From the IMG/VR virus record IMGVR_UViG_3300048999_000052, positions 1 through 64,000 of that record: a DNA stretch of 64,000 nt. One strand, 5' to 3'. Numbering within the stretch: the stretch's first letter is position 1; every line of letters begins with the position of its first letter. Source of the DNA: a virus. This document shows positions 41,673 through 52,069 of this stretch, in pieces. Under the pieces are notes generated by a model. The model worked only from the letters and a program-made list of their open reading frames with translations, was not told the DNA's origin and did not search any database. A program made the position numbers and the translations under genes.

Positions 41673-42056
41673 ATGGCTGGTCGAGTCGACCTGTACGTCG
41701 ATCAGGGCGCGGATTACACCGCTCAGTTGGTGTGGAATGACTTCACTGACAACCCGATCCCCGTCACCTTGCCGATGCGGATGGACGTCAAGTCTCCCTA
41801 CGGCCAGGTGATGTTCTCGCTGTTCCCGCCGGACCCGCTACCCACGGATGAGATCCCGGCGATGACCTATAACACTGACAACGGGATGATCCAGATCCAC
41901 ATCACCAAGGAACAGACTGATCTGCTGGCGGGCGGGATGTACAAGTACGACCTGTTCGCCACCGTGGATGATGGTGATGTCGGCACTGGGGATCAACTGG
42001 TTCGACTGGTGTTCGGTGACCTGATCTGCTCGTCTCGCGTCACTCAGGGGATCTGA
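41673..42056 (+). CDS. Virion structural protein (fibre adaptor-like)
   Basis: L.VDQGADY...G.I.I...QT..L....YKYDL...RLV.G....S.RVT. Confidence 0.7.
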   Translation: MAGRVDLYVDQGADYTAQLVWNDFTDNPIPVTLPMRMDVKSPYGQVMFSLFPPDPLPTDEIPAMTYNTDNGMIQIHITKEQTDLLAGGMYKYDLFATVDDGDVGTGDQLVRLVFGDLICSSRVTQGI

Positions 42057-42057
42057 T

Positions 42058-42765
42058 ATGGGTAACTACCAAGTCGTCAAGGTCGCCTCCGGTGAGACGA
42101 TCCAGATTCGTACTGGCGTACTGCAGGGCATCGGTGCCCAAGGTCCAGTAGGACCGATTGGCCCGCCTGGACCACAGGGTGACCAGGGCACCCAAGGTGA
42201 GCGGGGTGAAACCGGAGCAATCCAGTCCTTCAGCTCCGAGGTCACGATTGGTGGAGCTACTTCCCTGGGCTCTGGTACGGCTGCTCCGATCAGCTTCGAC
42301 ACCAATGTCCGAGATGACCTCGGGGTGGTTACCTCAGCTACCACTTTCACTGCACCGACCGCGATGGACCTGTTCTTCTCGGTCTGGGTGCAGTTCGGCC
42401 TACCTGCGGATGCTGCTGATGGCTATCGCCAGCTGGAGCTGCGTACGGGTAGCTCGTTTGCCACTGCGGTGTGGAAAGTGAACACCATTGCCACTGTTGG
42501 GGTACCAACCCAGTTGGTGATGACCACGACGGTGAAGGCTGCTGCTGGTCAGGCCTTCCAGATCTGGGGTGTGCACAATGACTCGCTGTCGGTGGCTACG
42601 ACCGCTGGCCGGTTGGATATCTACCGGGTTGGCTCTGGTCCCGCCGGTGAACAAGGCCCCGAAGGTCCTGTTGGCGATGTTGGTCCTGCTGGTCCTCCTG
42701 GACCTGCTGGTCCGGATGGCAGCGCTACGTCGGGCTTCGCGCACTACTCGGACCTGCTCCCGTGA
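42058..42765 (+). CDS. Collagen-repeat fibre protein
   Basis: Two Gly-X-Y runs flanking a C1q/TNF-like beta domain. Confidence 0.8.
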   Translation: MGNYQVVKVASGETIQIRTGVLQGIGAQGPVGPIGPPGPQGDQGTQGERGETGAIQSFSSEVTIGGATSLGSGTAAPISFDTNVRDDLGVVTSATTFTAPTAMDLFFSVWVQFGLPADAADGYRQLELRTGSSFATAVWKVNTIATVGVPTQLVMTTTVKAAAGQAFQIWGVHNDSLSVATTAGRLDIYRVGSGPAGEQGPEGPVGDVGPAGPPGPAGPDGSATSGFAHYSDLLP

Positions 42766-42796
42766 TGAAGCGGGTCTAAAGACTAAGGATCAGTAA

Positions 42797-45700
42797 TTGG
42801 CCACCGACCACGCTCAGAGTTTGCGCCTGGGGCAGCGGGGAGTTGCCCCCACCCCAGGCGTACAGCTGGTTGCTGTCGCCTCGCTACCCTCAGTTGCTTA
42901 TCGGGGCCAGCTGGTCTATGCCCTGGACATCGATGAGTTCCGGGTCTTCGACGGCGACGCCTGGCAGATCCCCACCGCAGCTACCACTGGTGGCCTGCAG
43001 ATGTTCGTCCAGGCAACTGCGCCTGTGGCTGACAACGTGGGTGATCTGTGGCTGAAGGACACCACCTACCAGATCTATGTCTGGGACGGTACGACCTGGC
43101 AAGAAGTCCAAGACCCGACTGCGGATGCGGCTGCTGCTGCCGCTGCGGCGGCTCAAGTGGATGCCACCAGTGCGTTGGGTTTGGCTACCAACGCTCAGGC
43201 CACTGCTGATGGCAAGATCACCGCGTTCTACCAGAGCCTGGAGCCGGCGCTTCCAACTGAGGATCCCCAAGAAGGCGACATCTGGTATCGCACGTCGGAT
43301 AACCGGGCCTTCATCTACCACTCGGGCGCGTTTGTGGAGATCCAAGACGCTGCCATTGTCGATGCGCTGACTCAGGCTGGTACGGCCCAGGCCACTGCGG
43401 ACCAGAAGATCAGCTCGTACTTCCAGACTGGACCACCGTGGGCTAATGGCTCAGCTGGCCATGGCAACGACATCGGTGACCTGTGGTACGACACCGACGA
43501 CAACAACAAGCCGTACCGCTGGGATGGGAACTGGACCCCAGTCCAGGACGGCACGATCGCTATCGCCCAGACTGCAGCTAACACTGCACAGGCGGCTGCT
43601 GATGCAGCTCAGGCCACGGCTGACAGCGCACTGACTGCTGCCACCACGGATGGCAATCCACCGAGTAGCTCTCCTACGCCGGAGACCTTGAGTGGGATCG
43701 GGTTGTTCATCACCAAGTGGGCGCCGATCACCAACGCTGACCCAGTTACTTACGAGATCCACGTCAGCGCTGTCTCTGGCTTCACCGCGAACAGCTCTAC
43801 CTTGGTGGGCCAGACCACCGCTTCCCAGTTCGTAGTCAAGGCGCTGCCGGGCTCTCCACCCGCTCCGGGTGACCCAGATCCCCGAGTACTGGACTACGAC
43901 ACCACCTATTACGTGCGGATTATCGCCAAGGACGCTGACGGGGCTGCTGCCCAGAGCGCCCAGACGTCCGCCATGGTCTTTCGGGTCACTGGCGTGGATC
44001 TACAGGCGGACTCCGTCACAGCAGCTAACATCGTCTCCGGCACGATCACTGGCGACCTGCTGGATGCCAACATGATCGTCGCGGGTCAGATCCAGACGGC
44101 TGAGACTGGCCAGCGAGTAGCCCTTGGTAACACCGGCCTGCAGGGCTACAAGCCGGACAACTCGCTGATGATCAACCTGCCCACTGATGGCAGCGAGGGG
44201 CTAATTGACCTTGAGGTTGTTGCTCGTGGTCTGACCGCTCAAGACGGTGCCTCGCTGTACGGGGACAGCGAACTGAATGCTGACTCCACCATCGTCTTGC
44301 AGGCTGGTATCACCTCGCCCAGCTCTACGCCCCAGGTGGGCGTGACCTACGACGCGATTCAGATTTCGACCGCGGCTGTGGCAATGGTCGATAAGACCGG
44401 CGATCTCGGCACGTTCGACCTGGTCCCGTCCGAGGTGTATGCCATCGAGTGGAAAGACGCAGCAACCGATTACTGGGTGCTGCACCAGATTCGGTCCAAT
44501 GGCACTCGGTCGTGGTTCTTCAAAGTCAGCGATGGTACGCCGACTGATGCCGTCACCGGCCGGTACTTCACCGACACCACCGATTGGGCCTTCTACTCGG
44601 TGTGGCAGATCACTGGTGTGGGATCAACCGCTGGTGTGTATCGGATGGCTCGCTGGATCCCGGACGGAGCGGCGAACACGTACTACATGCACTCGCCAGC
44701 TGGTCTGAACAGGTACTCGCGGCAGAACGGTGTGGCCTCGCCAACGATTGGGTCTGACGGCACTAACATCTTCACCGCGGAGATCATTTCAGGCAACCTG
44801 CGGATTAGGTACTGGATCCCGGATGGGTCTGGCAACAACCTGGCCTCCCCGATCGATACCTATGAATCTGGTACGGCGGCTGCCTACACAAACTCTGACT
44901 CGATGTGCACAATCCTGGTCGGCAACTTCGATGTTGGCGCTGGTCGCTACGCAGTTGCCCAGCGGGGTGTCTCCTATAACGCCCGATTGCTGAATGCCGT
45001 CGCCGGCTCGCCTGGCGGACTGTATCCAGCTGGTAGCAGTAACAACTGGGCGTCGGCCAACAAGGAGGCGTTCTCCTGGGAGTCGCCCACCACCAACCGC
45101 CGAGGGATGGCCTGGGATTCGGCCAACGGCGTCTTCTGGACCTTCGGTTCGGATGGCTTCATGTACAAGCACACCGGTGAGCAGTGGGATCCGGCGGTCA
45201 GCTCCAGTACGTTCTGGGCCAAGCAGACCTTCTATGACTCTGTCGGCACCACGCACGAGACTCAACCGCAGAGTCCTAACAAGAGCTACGCGGGCAAGCG
45301 TCGGGCCAAGAACTTCTACACCGTGCCAACCATCCCTTCGGGCGGGGTTGATGACCCCAATCAGGTTCGGTTGTACATGGCTCGGGGCGCAACTGCCCCA
45401 GCTAACACCAGCTATCACTTGCAGTACACCGGGTCCACGAACACCACCTGGACCACGATGGCCACTGCCACTGCTAACCCGCCCACCACCAATAACTTCC
45501 CCGGTGCTACTCCTGGGAAGATCTCCACGGCTGATGGCACCTCGCTGGTGATCTCTGGGGATGGCACGATCAAGCTCGGTGGCACAGATGTATCGGTTGG
45601 CTATCCAACTCGCTTCGTGCTGACCTCTGGTACGTCCTGGAGTAAGCCCGCGGGACTGAAGGCAGCCTACTTCGAGGCTGTTGGTGCTGGTGGCGCAGGC

Positions 45701-46249
45701 GGTGGTGCAGCCTCTGCGTCTGCTGGGAACCACAGCTGTGGAGCGGGCGGTGGAGCTGGTGGTACGGCCAAGGCACTAGTCCTAGCAGCAAACATTCCCT
45801 CCACGGTCACCTACGCGATTGGCGCCGCTGGGACGGGCGTATCAGCTGCTGCGGGTAACAACGGCGGGAACACCACAATCACGCTTACTTCCACCACACT
45901 CACCGGTAACGGAGGTGGTGGCGGACAGAGCACCATCTTGGCGGCATCTGGATTTGGTCCTGCTCCTGGTGCCGGTGGTACAGCTACTGGTGGTGATGCG
46001 AACTTCACGGGTGGCGGTGGTGGTGCTGGCTGGGGTAACGCAGGATTCGCTATCGGCGGAGCGGGTGGCTCTAGTGTCTATGGAGCAGGAGCTGGTGGGC
46101 GCGGTACGGCGACTACCGCGGCGTTCGGTGGTCTGGCTGGTGGGAACTACGGCGGCGGTGGTGGCGGCGCCATCTGTTGTAATGGCACTGGCGCGCAGGT
46201 CGGCGGCAATGGCGGACCCGGAGTCGTTTTCATCACCTGCTACTTCTAG
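42797..46249 (+). CDS. Large tail fibre / minor tail protein
   Basis: Repeated GD[LI]W modules, FN3-like domain (TTYYVRIIAKD), Gly-rich C-terminal domain (GAGGAGG...GGPGVVFI). Confidence 0.8.
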   Translation: MATDHAQSLRLGQRGVAPTPGVQLVAVASLPSVAYRGQLVYALDIDEFRVFDGDAWQIPTAATTGGLQMFVQATAPVADNVGDLWLKDTTYQIYVWDGTTWQEVQDPTADAAAAAAAAAQVDATSALGLATNAQATADGKITAFYQSLEPALPTEDPQEGDIWYRTSDNRAFIYHSGAFVEIQDAAIVDALTQAGTAQATADQKISSYFQTGPPWANGSAGHGNDIGDLWYDTDDNNKPYRWDGNWTPVQDGTIAIAQTAANTAQAAADAAQATADSALTAATTDGNPPSSSPTPETLSGIGLFITKWAPITNADPVTYEIHVSAVSGFTANSSTLVGQTTASQFVVKALPGSPPAPGDPDPRVLDYDTTYYVRIIAKDADGAAAQSAQTSAMVFRVTGVDLQADSVTAANIVSGTITGDLLDANMIVAGQIQTAETGQRVALGNTGLQGYKPDNSLMINLPTDGSEGLIDLEVVARGLTAQDGASLYGDSELNADSTIVLQAGITSPSSTPQVGVTYDAIQISTAAVAMVDKTGDLGTFDLVPSEVYAIEWKDAATDYWVLHQIRSNGTRSWFFKVSDGTPTDAVTGRYFTDTTDWAFYSVWQITGVGSTAGVYRMARWIPDGAANTYYMHSPAGLNRYSRQNGVASPTIGSDGTNIFTAEIISGNLRIRYWIPDGSGNNLASPIDTYESGTAAAYTNSDSMCTILVGNFDVGAGRYAVAQRGVSYNARLLNAVAGSPGGLYPAGSSNNWASANKEAFSWESPTTNRRGMAWDSANGVFWTFGSDGFMYKHTGEQWDPAVSSSTFWAKQTFYDSVGTTHETQPQSPNKSYAGKRRAKNFYTVPTIPSGGVDDPNQVRLYMARGATAPANTSYHLQYTGSTNTTWTTMATATANPPTTNNFPGATPGKISTADGTSLVISGDGTIKLGGTDVSVGYPTRFVLTSGTSWSKPAGLKAAYFEAVGAGGAGGGAASASAGNHSCGAGGGAGGTAKALVLAANIPSTVTYAIGAAGTGVSAAAGNNGGNTTITLTSTTLTGNGGGGGQSTILAASGFGPAPGAGGTATGGDANFTGGGGGAGWGNAGFAIGGAGGSSVYGAGAGGRGTATTAAFGGLAGGNYGGGGGGAICCNGTGAQVGGNGGPGVVFITCYF

Positions 46250-46256
46250 GAGTGCC

Positions 46257-46868
46257 ATGAGCTACGTCTACGGGTCGGGGACGCTTGCCGACTACACGCT
46301 GTATGCCCACGGGGTAATTGGCAACTTCGCCACTGCCAACGTTGGGCTGGTGGGTGATTCGATCACCACCCTGGGCCATGCTGACTTCTCCGCGGCGCTA
46401 TCGCTTGCGGGCGGTACGGCAGCGATCGACTACTGGTCGTCTCGGCCGACGACTCCTGCGGTCACCTCTACGCTCGCTCGACCAGTGCTGCCCAAGATCA
46501 TGGTGATGGCCTGTGGTACCAACGACATCTTCGCGCCGACTGGGATGGCTGCTCAGATCGCTCGGATGTCACCTACGGTGCTCGCGGCCAAGGGTTGTGA
46601 GCATCTGTTCTGGGTGGACGTGCACTGCTGCCGGACCAAGGTAGCTCTGCAGACTCAGGTCTACGACGAGCGCAACACCTGTCTGGTGAATGCCCAGATC
46701 CACGACGGGATCGAAAAGGACCACATCATCCCGTGGAACTGGACGCTGAACTACCGGGGCATCACCTGGCCGGGTTACTACCTGTCCGATGGGGTACATC
46801 CCAAGCCCAGTTTGGGGACTAAGTTCTGGGCCGCCTGCATCGTGAACTTCATCAAGGGCTATCTCTAA
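46257..46868 (+). CDS. SGNH/GDSL hydrolase
   Basis: LVGDSIT, GTND, DGVHP blocks. Confidence 0.85.
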   Translation: MSYVYGSGTLADYTLYAHGVIGNFATANVGLVGDSITTLGHADFSAALSLAGGTAAIDYWSSRPTTPAVTSTLARPVLPKIMVMACGTNDIFAPTGMAAQIARMSPTVLAAKGCEHLFWVDVHCCRTKVALQTQVYDERNTCLVNAQIHDGIEKDHIIPWNWTLNYRGITWPGYYLSDGVHPKPSLGTKFWAACIVNFIKGYL

Positions 46869-46912
46869 GCGACTGTCCTCCGGCGTCAAACTGGTACTGA
46901 CAAGGAGGACAG

Positions 46913-47236
46913 ATGTCTACTACGACTGCCAATCAGGGCCTGCCCGTACCCGTCGCTGGGGATGACCCAGATGTCGTCGGGGACATGACCGCATTGGCTC
47001 AGGCCATCGAGAAGAAGCTGGTGATGGTGTTCACCAGCGCCGCTGATCGAACCACCAGGGTGCCTTCGCCTACCTCTGGGATGTTCTCGGTCCGCACCGA
47101 TACCCATGTGGTGGAGGTCTACGACGGCTCGGCCTGGAAGCAGGTCTATCCGCCGGCTGTGCCTGCGGTGACCAATGGCTCGGCGGTACCCAGCAACTCC
47201 TCGGGTGCCAACGGCGACGTCTTCTTCAAGTTCTGA
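46913..47236 (+). CDS. Small fibre-associated structural protein
   Basis: TT.N.GLP.P...D..DV..D...LA; YDGSAW; G.NGDVFFK. Confidence 0.7.
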   Translation: MSTTTANQGLPVPVAGDDPDVVGDMTALAQAIEKKLVMVFTSAADRTTRVPSPTSGMFSVRTDTHVVEVYDGSAWKQVYPPAVPAVTNGSAVPSNSSGANGDVFFKF

Positions 47237-47242
47237 GGCCAG

Positions 47243-48304
47243 ATGACCATCCACACCAAGGACGGCGGCGTCTGGAAGGCTGCCACCCCGTACCTGAAGA
47301 AGACTGGTACTTGGCAGGAGCCGACTCAGGTCTGGACCAAGGATTCGGGAATCTGGAAGCAGGTCTACCAAAAAGACGTCACTCCCCCGCCAGTACCAGC
47401 GCTGAGCCTGGATTTCATCGCCAACCGGTACCTGAACGTCAACGTCACACCGAACACGGTGGCTGATCCGAGTCTGGCCAAGGTCCGGGTGTTGGTGTCA
47501 GCTACGGCCTTCCCGGCCAACCCGTTCAGCTCGGGCTTCGTCTCTGAGCCCGATGTCACTTTCCCCGATGAGACCTGGTCGGACTTCTTGTACAACGTCA
47601 CCGGTGGCCACAGCGTCACTGGTACGACGACCAAGGAGTGGCCGACCAATCCTGGCTCGACCAGAGCGCTGACTGGTGGCACGACGTACTACTTCAGTGC
47701 CTTCGCCCAGGACATGAACGGCAACTGGTCGGCAGGTAACTACAAGAGCTTCAAGGCGCCGGATCGTACTGGTGTTGACCCAGTCCCGCCGGTGCAGTCG
47801 ATCAAGACCGTGGAGATCCCCGCCTTGTGGTCGGCCTGCTACAACGGCGACGACAGCCTGCGCTGGGCTGGGGTGAACCTGTACCAGGGGTTGTGGAACG
47901 CAGTCAACGGTGCCCAGGAGTCGGTCGTTGGTTTCGACCGGTTCAAGATCGTCAACGCCCTGCGAGGGGCATCGGTGATCAACAAGGTTGAGATCTACAT
48001 GTACTCGCGCGCGGCTTACAACCCTGCTCCGGGGTTCTTGGCCAGGTACGGGTTCCACGACGCTACGGCGATGCCTGCCTCGATTGCCACGTTGAACCGG
48101 TTCGGGGTGTTGCAGAACAACATCTTCCACTCCGCTGACGGACACTGGATTGACATCACCTCGATGTCCACCTCGGTCTGGAAGAACGGCACCGCGACTG
48201 GGATGTTCTTCCAGCCCAACACGTTCGATCGGCACTACTCGGGGTTGTTCGACGGTCACACCCAGACACACCCGCCCAAGCTTCGCTTTACCTTCACAGC
48301 GTGA
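47243..48304 (+). CDS. Minor tail/fibre protein with FN3-like domain
   Basis: K.GG.WK repeats, TTYYFSAFAQD..GNWS, PKLRFT end. Confidence 0.75.
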   Translation: MTIHTKDGGVWKAATPYLKKTGTWQEPTQVWTKDSGIWKQVYQKDVTPPPVPALSLDFIANRYLNVNVTPNTVADPSLAKVRVLVSATAFPANPFSSGFVSEPDVTFPDETWSDFLYNVTGGHSVTGTTTKEWPTNPGSTRALTGGTTYYFSAFAQDMNGNWSAGNYKSFKAPDRTGVDPVPPVQSIKTVEIPALWSACYNGDDSLRWAGVNLYQGLWNAVNGAQESVVGFDRFKIVNALRGASVINKVEIYMYSRAAYNPAPGFLARYGFHDATAMPASIATLNRFGVLQNNIFHSADGHWIDITSMSTSVWKNGTATGMFFQPNTFDRHYSGLFDGHTQTHPPKLRFTFTA

Positions 48305-48337
48305 GGGTGAACCCTCTCCACGGAAGGTAGGTGTCTG

Positions 48338-48583
48338 GTGATCGACCCAAAGTTGCGGAACTGGATCATCAGCACGGTCACCGTCGTGTGGGCGCTGAAC
48401 TTCCTGGTTGGGATCATCCCGGCCTTCCACTACAAGCCGGACCAGGCAATCAACGCCATCTTCATGGCTATCGTCGGTGGTCTGTTCGCTATCTCAGCTC
48501 GCAAATCGGATACAGACAAGAAAGAGCTCCCCAAGAAGAAGCGGGACGAGGAGAAGGACGACGAGGACGGTGACGAGCCGTGA
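48338..48583 (+). CDS. Two-TM protein (holin-like)
   Basis: Two TM helices, highly charged C-terminus; lies in the lysis region. Confidence 0.6.
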   Translation: MIDPKLRNWIISTVTVVWALNFLVGIIPAFHYKPDQAINAIFMAIVGGLFAISARKSDTDKKELPKKKRDEEKDDEDGDEP

Positions 48584-49050
48584 TGGATGTACTCAACGAT
48601 CTCCTCCCGTCCTTCTCCTGGTCACTGATTGGCTTCATCACCGGTTGGCTGGTTGGCCGGGAGATGCTGTTCTTTAACCGGAGGGTGGAGGCAGCTGTGT
48701 CTGACAAGGAGCAGACCAAGCCCGTCCGTGGCAATCGGTTGCTGGGCTGGGTAGTGATCGTCTTGTCGGTCTTCACGGTGCTGCAGGGCTCGTACTACGC
48801 CTACGAGACCAACCGGAAGGCCAGTTGCCAGGCCCAGTTCAACAACGACTTCGCGCATGTGATCAGCCTGCGCGCGCAGTGGGCCGATGAGGACAAGGCT
48901 GCGGAGCTGAAGCTGTTCCATGATCTGCTGGCCACCACCAAGCCTGGTCAGGGCGGCAAGATCTTGCAGGACTACCTGGTTTCGACCGAGCGCACGGATA
49001 AGCTGCGGCGGGAGAACCCGCTCCCTAAGCTAGAAGATCGTGGCTGCTGA
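48580..49050 (+). CDS. Membrane protein of the lysis region
   Basis: Two TM helices, CQ..FN motif, C-terminal Cys. Confidence 0.7.
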   Translation: MMDVLNDLLPSFSWSLIGFITGWLVGREMLFFNRRVEAAVSDKEQTKPVRGNRLLGWVVIVLSVFTVLQGSYYAYETNRKASCQAQFNNDFAHVISLRAQWADEDKAAELKLFHDLLATTKPGQGGKILQDYLVSTERTDKLRRENPLPKLEDRGC

Positions 49051-49786
49051 GATGCGACGTGACCGTACTATCCCCACACCGATCTTGGTGTTGGTGCTGC
49101 TGCTGTCAGCGGTCACGTTGTTCCAGATCTGGCAGACCTCTCAGAAGGTGCAAGACCAGGCCGTCGAGATCTCCAACGGTCAAGCCGAGCGCACCAACCT
49201 GGCCGCCTCGGTGAACAACAGCATCGATCAGTCCCAAGCCCTGGCCAAGCAGGTCGAAGCCCTGGGTGCGACTCCAGTGGTGAAGTCAGTCGATATCCCC
49301 CAGAAGGTTGCGGTTGGCCCGACTGGACCTAAGGGTGATGTCGGCTCTCAAGGCCCGACTGGTCCCCAGGGACCGCAAGGTCCGATCGGACCACAAGGGC
49401 CTATCGGCCCCCAGGGCAAGGCAGGACCTTACCCGGAATGCCTGCTGGCTGCTACCAAGTGCGTCGGCGCCCCAGGAGCCACTGGACCGAAGGGAGACCA
49501 AGGTGCCAAAGGCGAGCAAGGAGCTGCGGGCCAGACTGGAGCAACAGGTGCGCAAGGTGATCAAGGACCAAAGGGAGCAACCGGAGACGCCGGTCCAGCA
49601 GGTCCTCAAGGACCTCAGGGAGATCAGGGACCGCAGGGACCAGTGGGTCCAGTCGGCCCGCCAGGAGCAGATGGCCAAGCAGGCCCGGTCTGCCCAGAAG
49701 GATATGAAGTCACCACCCAGACCGTGATGACCACCGAGAACCCCGCTGGGATCGAAACCAAGATCTGCACCGCCAAAGCGCCGTGA
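49040..49786 (+). CDS. Membrane-anchored collagen-like protein
   Basis: N-terminal TM, coiled coil, long Gly-X-Y runs, CPEGY...C end. Confidence 0.8.
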   Translation: MAAEMRRDRTIPTPILVLVLLLSAVTLFQIWQTSQKVQDQAVEISNGQAERTNLAASVNNSIDQSQALAKQVEALGATPVVKSVDIPQKVAVGPTGPKGDVGSQGPTGPQGPQGPIGPQGPIGPQGKAGPYPECLLAATKCVGAPGATGPKGDQGAKGEQGAAGQTGATGAQGDQGPKGATGDAGPAGPQGPQGDQGPQGPVGPVGPPGADGQAGPVCPEGYEVTTQTVMTTENPAGIETKICTAKAP

Positions 49787-49807
49787 CAGAGGTTGCATCC
49801 TGGAGTC

Positions 49808-50470
49808 ATGGCAGCAAGTCAGAATGGCTACGCGGCGAACGACATTAGTCGCACCCAGTCGTGGAAGATCCCCGGTACGTCCCGGGCGATCCGTCTACGT
49901 AAGGGCTCGCCTGGTGCTCTGCTTGTGGCCTGGGCCGCCTGGTTCGACAAGAACGTCGAGGACATCGACGCTGGCGAACTGGACGACTGGGGCTACGCCG
50001 AGCGCCCGATCCGGGGCAGCACCACCACGCTGTCCAATCACGCCTCTGGTACGGCGATGGACCTGAACTCCACTAAGCACCCGCTCGGAGTTCGTAACAC
50101 CTTCACGCCTGCCCAGACCGCCAAGATCAGAGCCGAGCTCAAAAACTACGAGGGCTGCATCCGCTGGGGTGGCGACTACACCGGCCGCCCGGATGAGATG
50201 CACTTCGAGATCGTCAAGGACGTGGCTACCTGTGATCGCGTCCTGGCCAAGCTCAATAAGGCCCCTGCAGACGTAACCCCGCCCGAGGAGGACGACATGC
50301 CTTTCACTGATGCACAGATCCGAGCCCTGGTACAAGCCGAGCTCGAAGAGTACGGCCAGCGACTGTTTGGCCCTGGTGGCTCGATGGGCGGTCTGATCAC
50401 CAAGATCGACGCCCTTGACGACAAGGTCGACAAGCTGATCGCTGCCCTGCCCAAGGTCCAGGACAAGTAA
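49808..50470 (+). CDS. Endolysin, M15-family peptidase
   Basis: SQNG, WGYAERPIRG, SNHASGTAMDLN, RWGGDY...DEMHFE. Confidence 0.92.
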   Translation: MAASQNGYAANDISRTQSWKIPGTSRAIRLRKGSPGALLVAWAAWFDKNVEDIDAGELDDWGYAERPIRGSTTTLSNHASGTAMDLNSTKHPLGVRNTFTPAQTAKIRAELKNYEGCIRWGGDYTGRPDEMHFEIVKDVATCDRVLAKLNKAPADVTPPEEDDMPFTDAQIRALVQAELEEYGQRLFGPGGSMGGLITKIDALDDKVDKLIAALPKVQDK

Positions 50471-50853
50471 TGAGCGACCAGAACATTGCTCCCTCGCAGG
50501 TGAGCACCTCCAAGCCGGTTCGGTACCTGGGCGCGATGGGTGCGGCAGCTACTGCTGCGGTCACAGCGCTGGCTGTCATTCCGGGCATCCCCGCCTGGGT
50601 ACCGGCCGTTGTTGGTGCCCTGGGGTTGGTGTTCACGGTGTTCGTCTCCAAGCTCACCGAGAACAACACCACGCCCTGGACCGACGTCGCGGCCAAGGTC
50701 ACCCCCACCGGTGAGACCATCGCCGGCCCAGCCAGCAACATCCGTACCGGCGCCACCGTAGAGGTTTCGCTGCCGAACACGACCTTGGGCGAAGTACTGG
50801 ATGACCCCAAGGACGGCCGGGCTGTTTGGCCCGCTGATCCCCAGATTCCCTAA
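50470..50853 (+). CDS. Holin
   Basis: Two TM helices, TTPW motif, coupled to the endolysin. Confidence 0.7.
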   Translation: MSDQNIAPSQVSTSKPVRYLGAMGAAATAAVTALAVIPGIPAWVPAVVGALGLVFTVFVSKLTENNTTPWTDVAAKVTPTGETIAGPASNIRTGATVEVSLPNTTLGEVLDDPKDGRAVWPADPQIP

Positions 50854-50862
50854 GGAGCAAGC

Positions 50863-51330
50863 ATGGCTACCGGTCCGTTCGTCTTCAACATCATGAAGGG
50901 CAAGGCGGGGTACTACTCGACCCTGCCCGCAGCCGCTGATGCCCTGATTCTTGTCTGGCTGAAGAGTGCGGGCCTGGAGTCGGATGCCACCCTGAAGGAC
51001 TACGCGAACTTGTCGGTGCTGCTGGCGGCAGCCAACGACGAGTGCGACTTCACCGGTTACACCCGTCGAACGCTGGCCAACGTGACCTCGGCAGTGGACA
51101 ACACGAACGACCTGTGGAAGGTCGACGCTGATGACCCGGCCACCTACACCAACACTGGTACGGCTCAGGTGGCTGGGGCAGCGATCGTTTGCTACGACGA
51201 TGACACCGGCGCTGGTACGGATACCTCGCTGATTCCGATCGCTCAATTGCTGACCGGCACGCTGAGCTTCGACAACAACGTGGTCACCACCATCAGCTTC
51301 AACGCCTCGGGCATCTACACCGCGAGCTAA
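50863..51330 (+). CDS. Virion structural protein
   Basis: VFNI.KG...E..FTGY.R.TL...D..ND....DADD...F...GI. Confidence 0.7.
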   Translation: MATGPFVFNIMKGKAGYYSTLPAAADALILVWLKSAGLESDATLKDYANLSVLLAAANDECDFTGYTRRTLANVTSAVDNTNDLWKVDADDPATYTNTGTAQVAGAAIVCYDDDTGAGTDTSLIPIAQLLTGTLSFDNNVVTTISFNASGIYTAS

Positions 51331-51332
51331 CC

Positions 51333-52061
51333 ATGGCCGTGGCTTTCGATGCAGTCGGACCAGCCGCTGCCCTGGGGCAGACTGCTACTACTCCGACCAC
51401 GGTTACGTGGGCGCATATCGTCACAGGGTCCAACACCGCACTCGTGGTGTTCGTTGGCGTGGGTCAGAACTCTGGTTCTGATGCCACCAAGACGATCAGT
51501 AGTGTGACCTATAACGCTGTTGGAATGACCCAGATCGGTACGCCTAAGCACACCAACGACTCAACAGCCGGCTACCTAGCTTGTTATGGGTTGATCAACC
51601 CGACCACTGGAACGAATAACGTAGTGGTCACCTTTGCGTCGGCTCCATCCACAGCTGAGTGTGGATCGGTTTCTTTCACTGGGGTCAACCAAACCACGGC
51701 CTTTGGTACGCCAGTCGTGGGAGCTGGGAACACGACAACGGCTACTGCTGCGGTGGCTTCGAACACGAGTGGCAACATCATCGCCTTCGGGGTGTGCGGT
51801 GGCGTCGACTTCGCCGCAACTCCGACCAGCCCAGCGACCAAGCGCTACTTGGCGAATTTCGGCAACAGCTCGGCGGGTGGTAATGCCGCCGGGGCCACGA
51901 TCCCGTCCACTGGTAGCTCAGTCACCACCGCATGGGCAATGAGCGCTGTGGACTTCTGGGCGGTGATCGCGGTCGAGGTTCTGGCTGCTGGTGGAGCTGC
52001 TGCAGTGTCGAGTGTGCCAGCACAGCGGATCCGCCGCATGCAGCCACTGATTGTCCGATAG
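51333..52061 (+). CDS. Virion structural protein (T/A/G-rich beta domain)
   Basis: MAVAFDA...VTYN...MT...SFTGV.Q pattern. Confidence 0.7.
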   Translation: MAVAFDAVGPAAALGQTATTPTTVTWAHIVTGSNTALVVFVGVGQNSGSDATKTISSVTYNAVGMTQIGTPKHTNDSTAGYLACYGLINPTTGTNNVVVTFASAPSTAECGSVSFTGVNQTTAFGTPVVGAGNTTTATAAVASNTSGNIIAFGVCGGVDFAATPTSPATKRYLANFGNSSAGGNAAGATIPSTGSSVTTAWAMSAVDFWAVIAVEVLAAGGAAAVSSVPAQRIRRMQPLIVR

Positions 52062-52069
52062 GAGACACG

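Noticed and set aside
42797-48304. Diversity-generating retroelement or invertible fibre cassette
   Set aside because: No reverse transcriptase, recombinase or template/variable repeat pair noticed
49310-49690. Short periodic DNA repeats (also 42130-42220, 42640-42720, 52640-53420, 62720-62830)
   Set aside because: Explained by Gly-X-Y collagen or other protein repeats; no identical repeat with unique spacers
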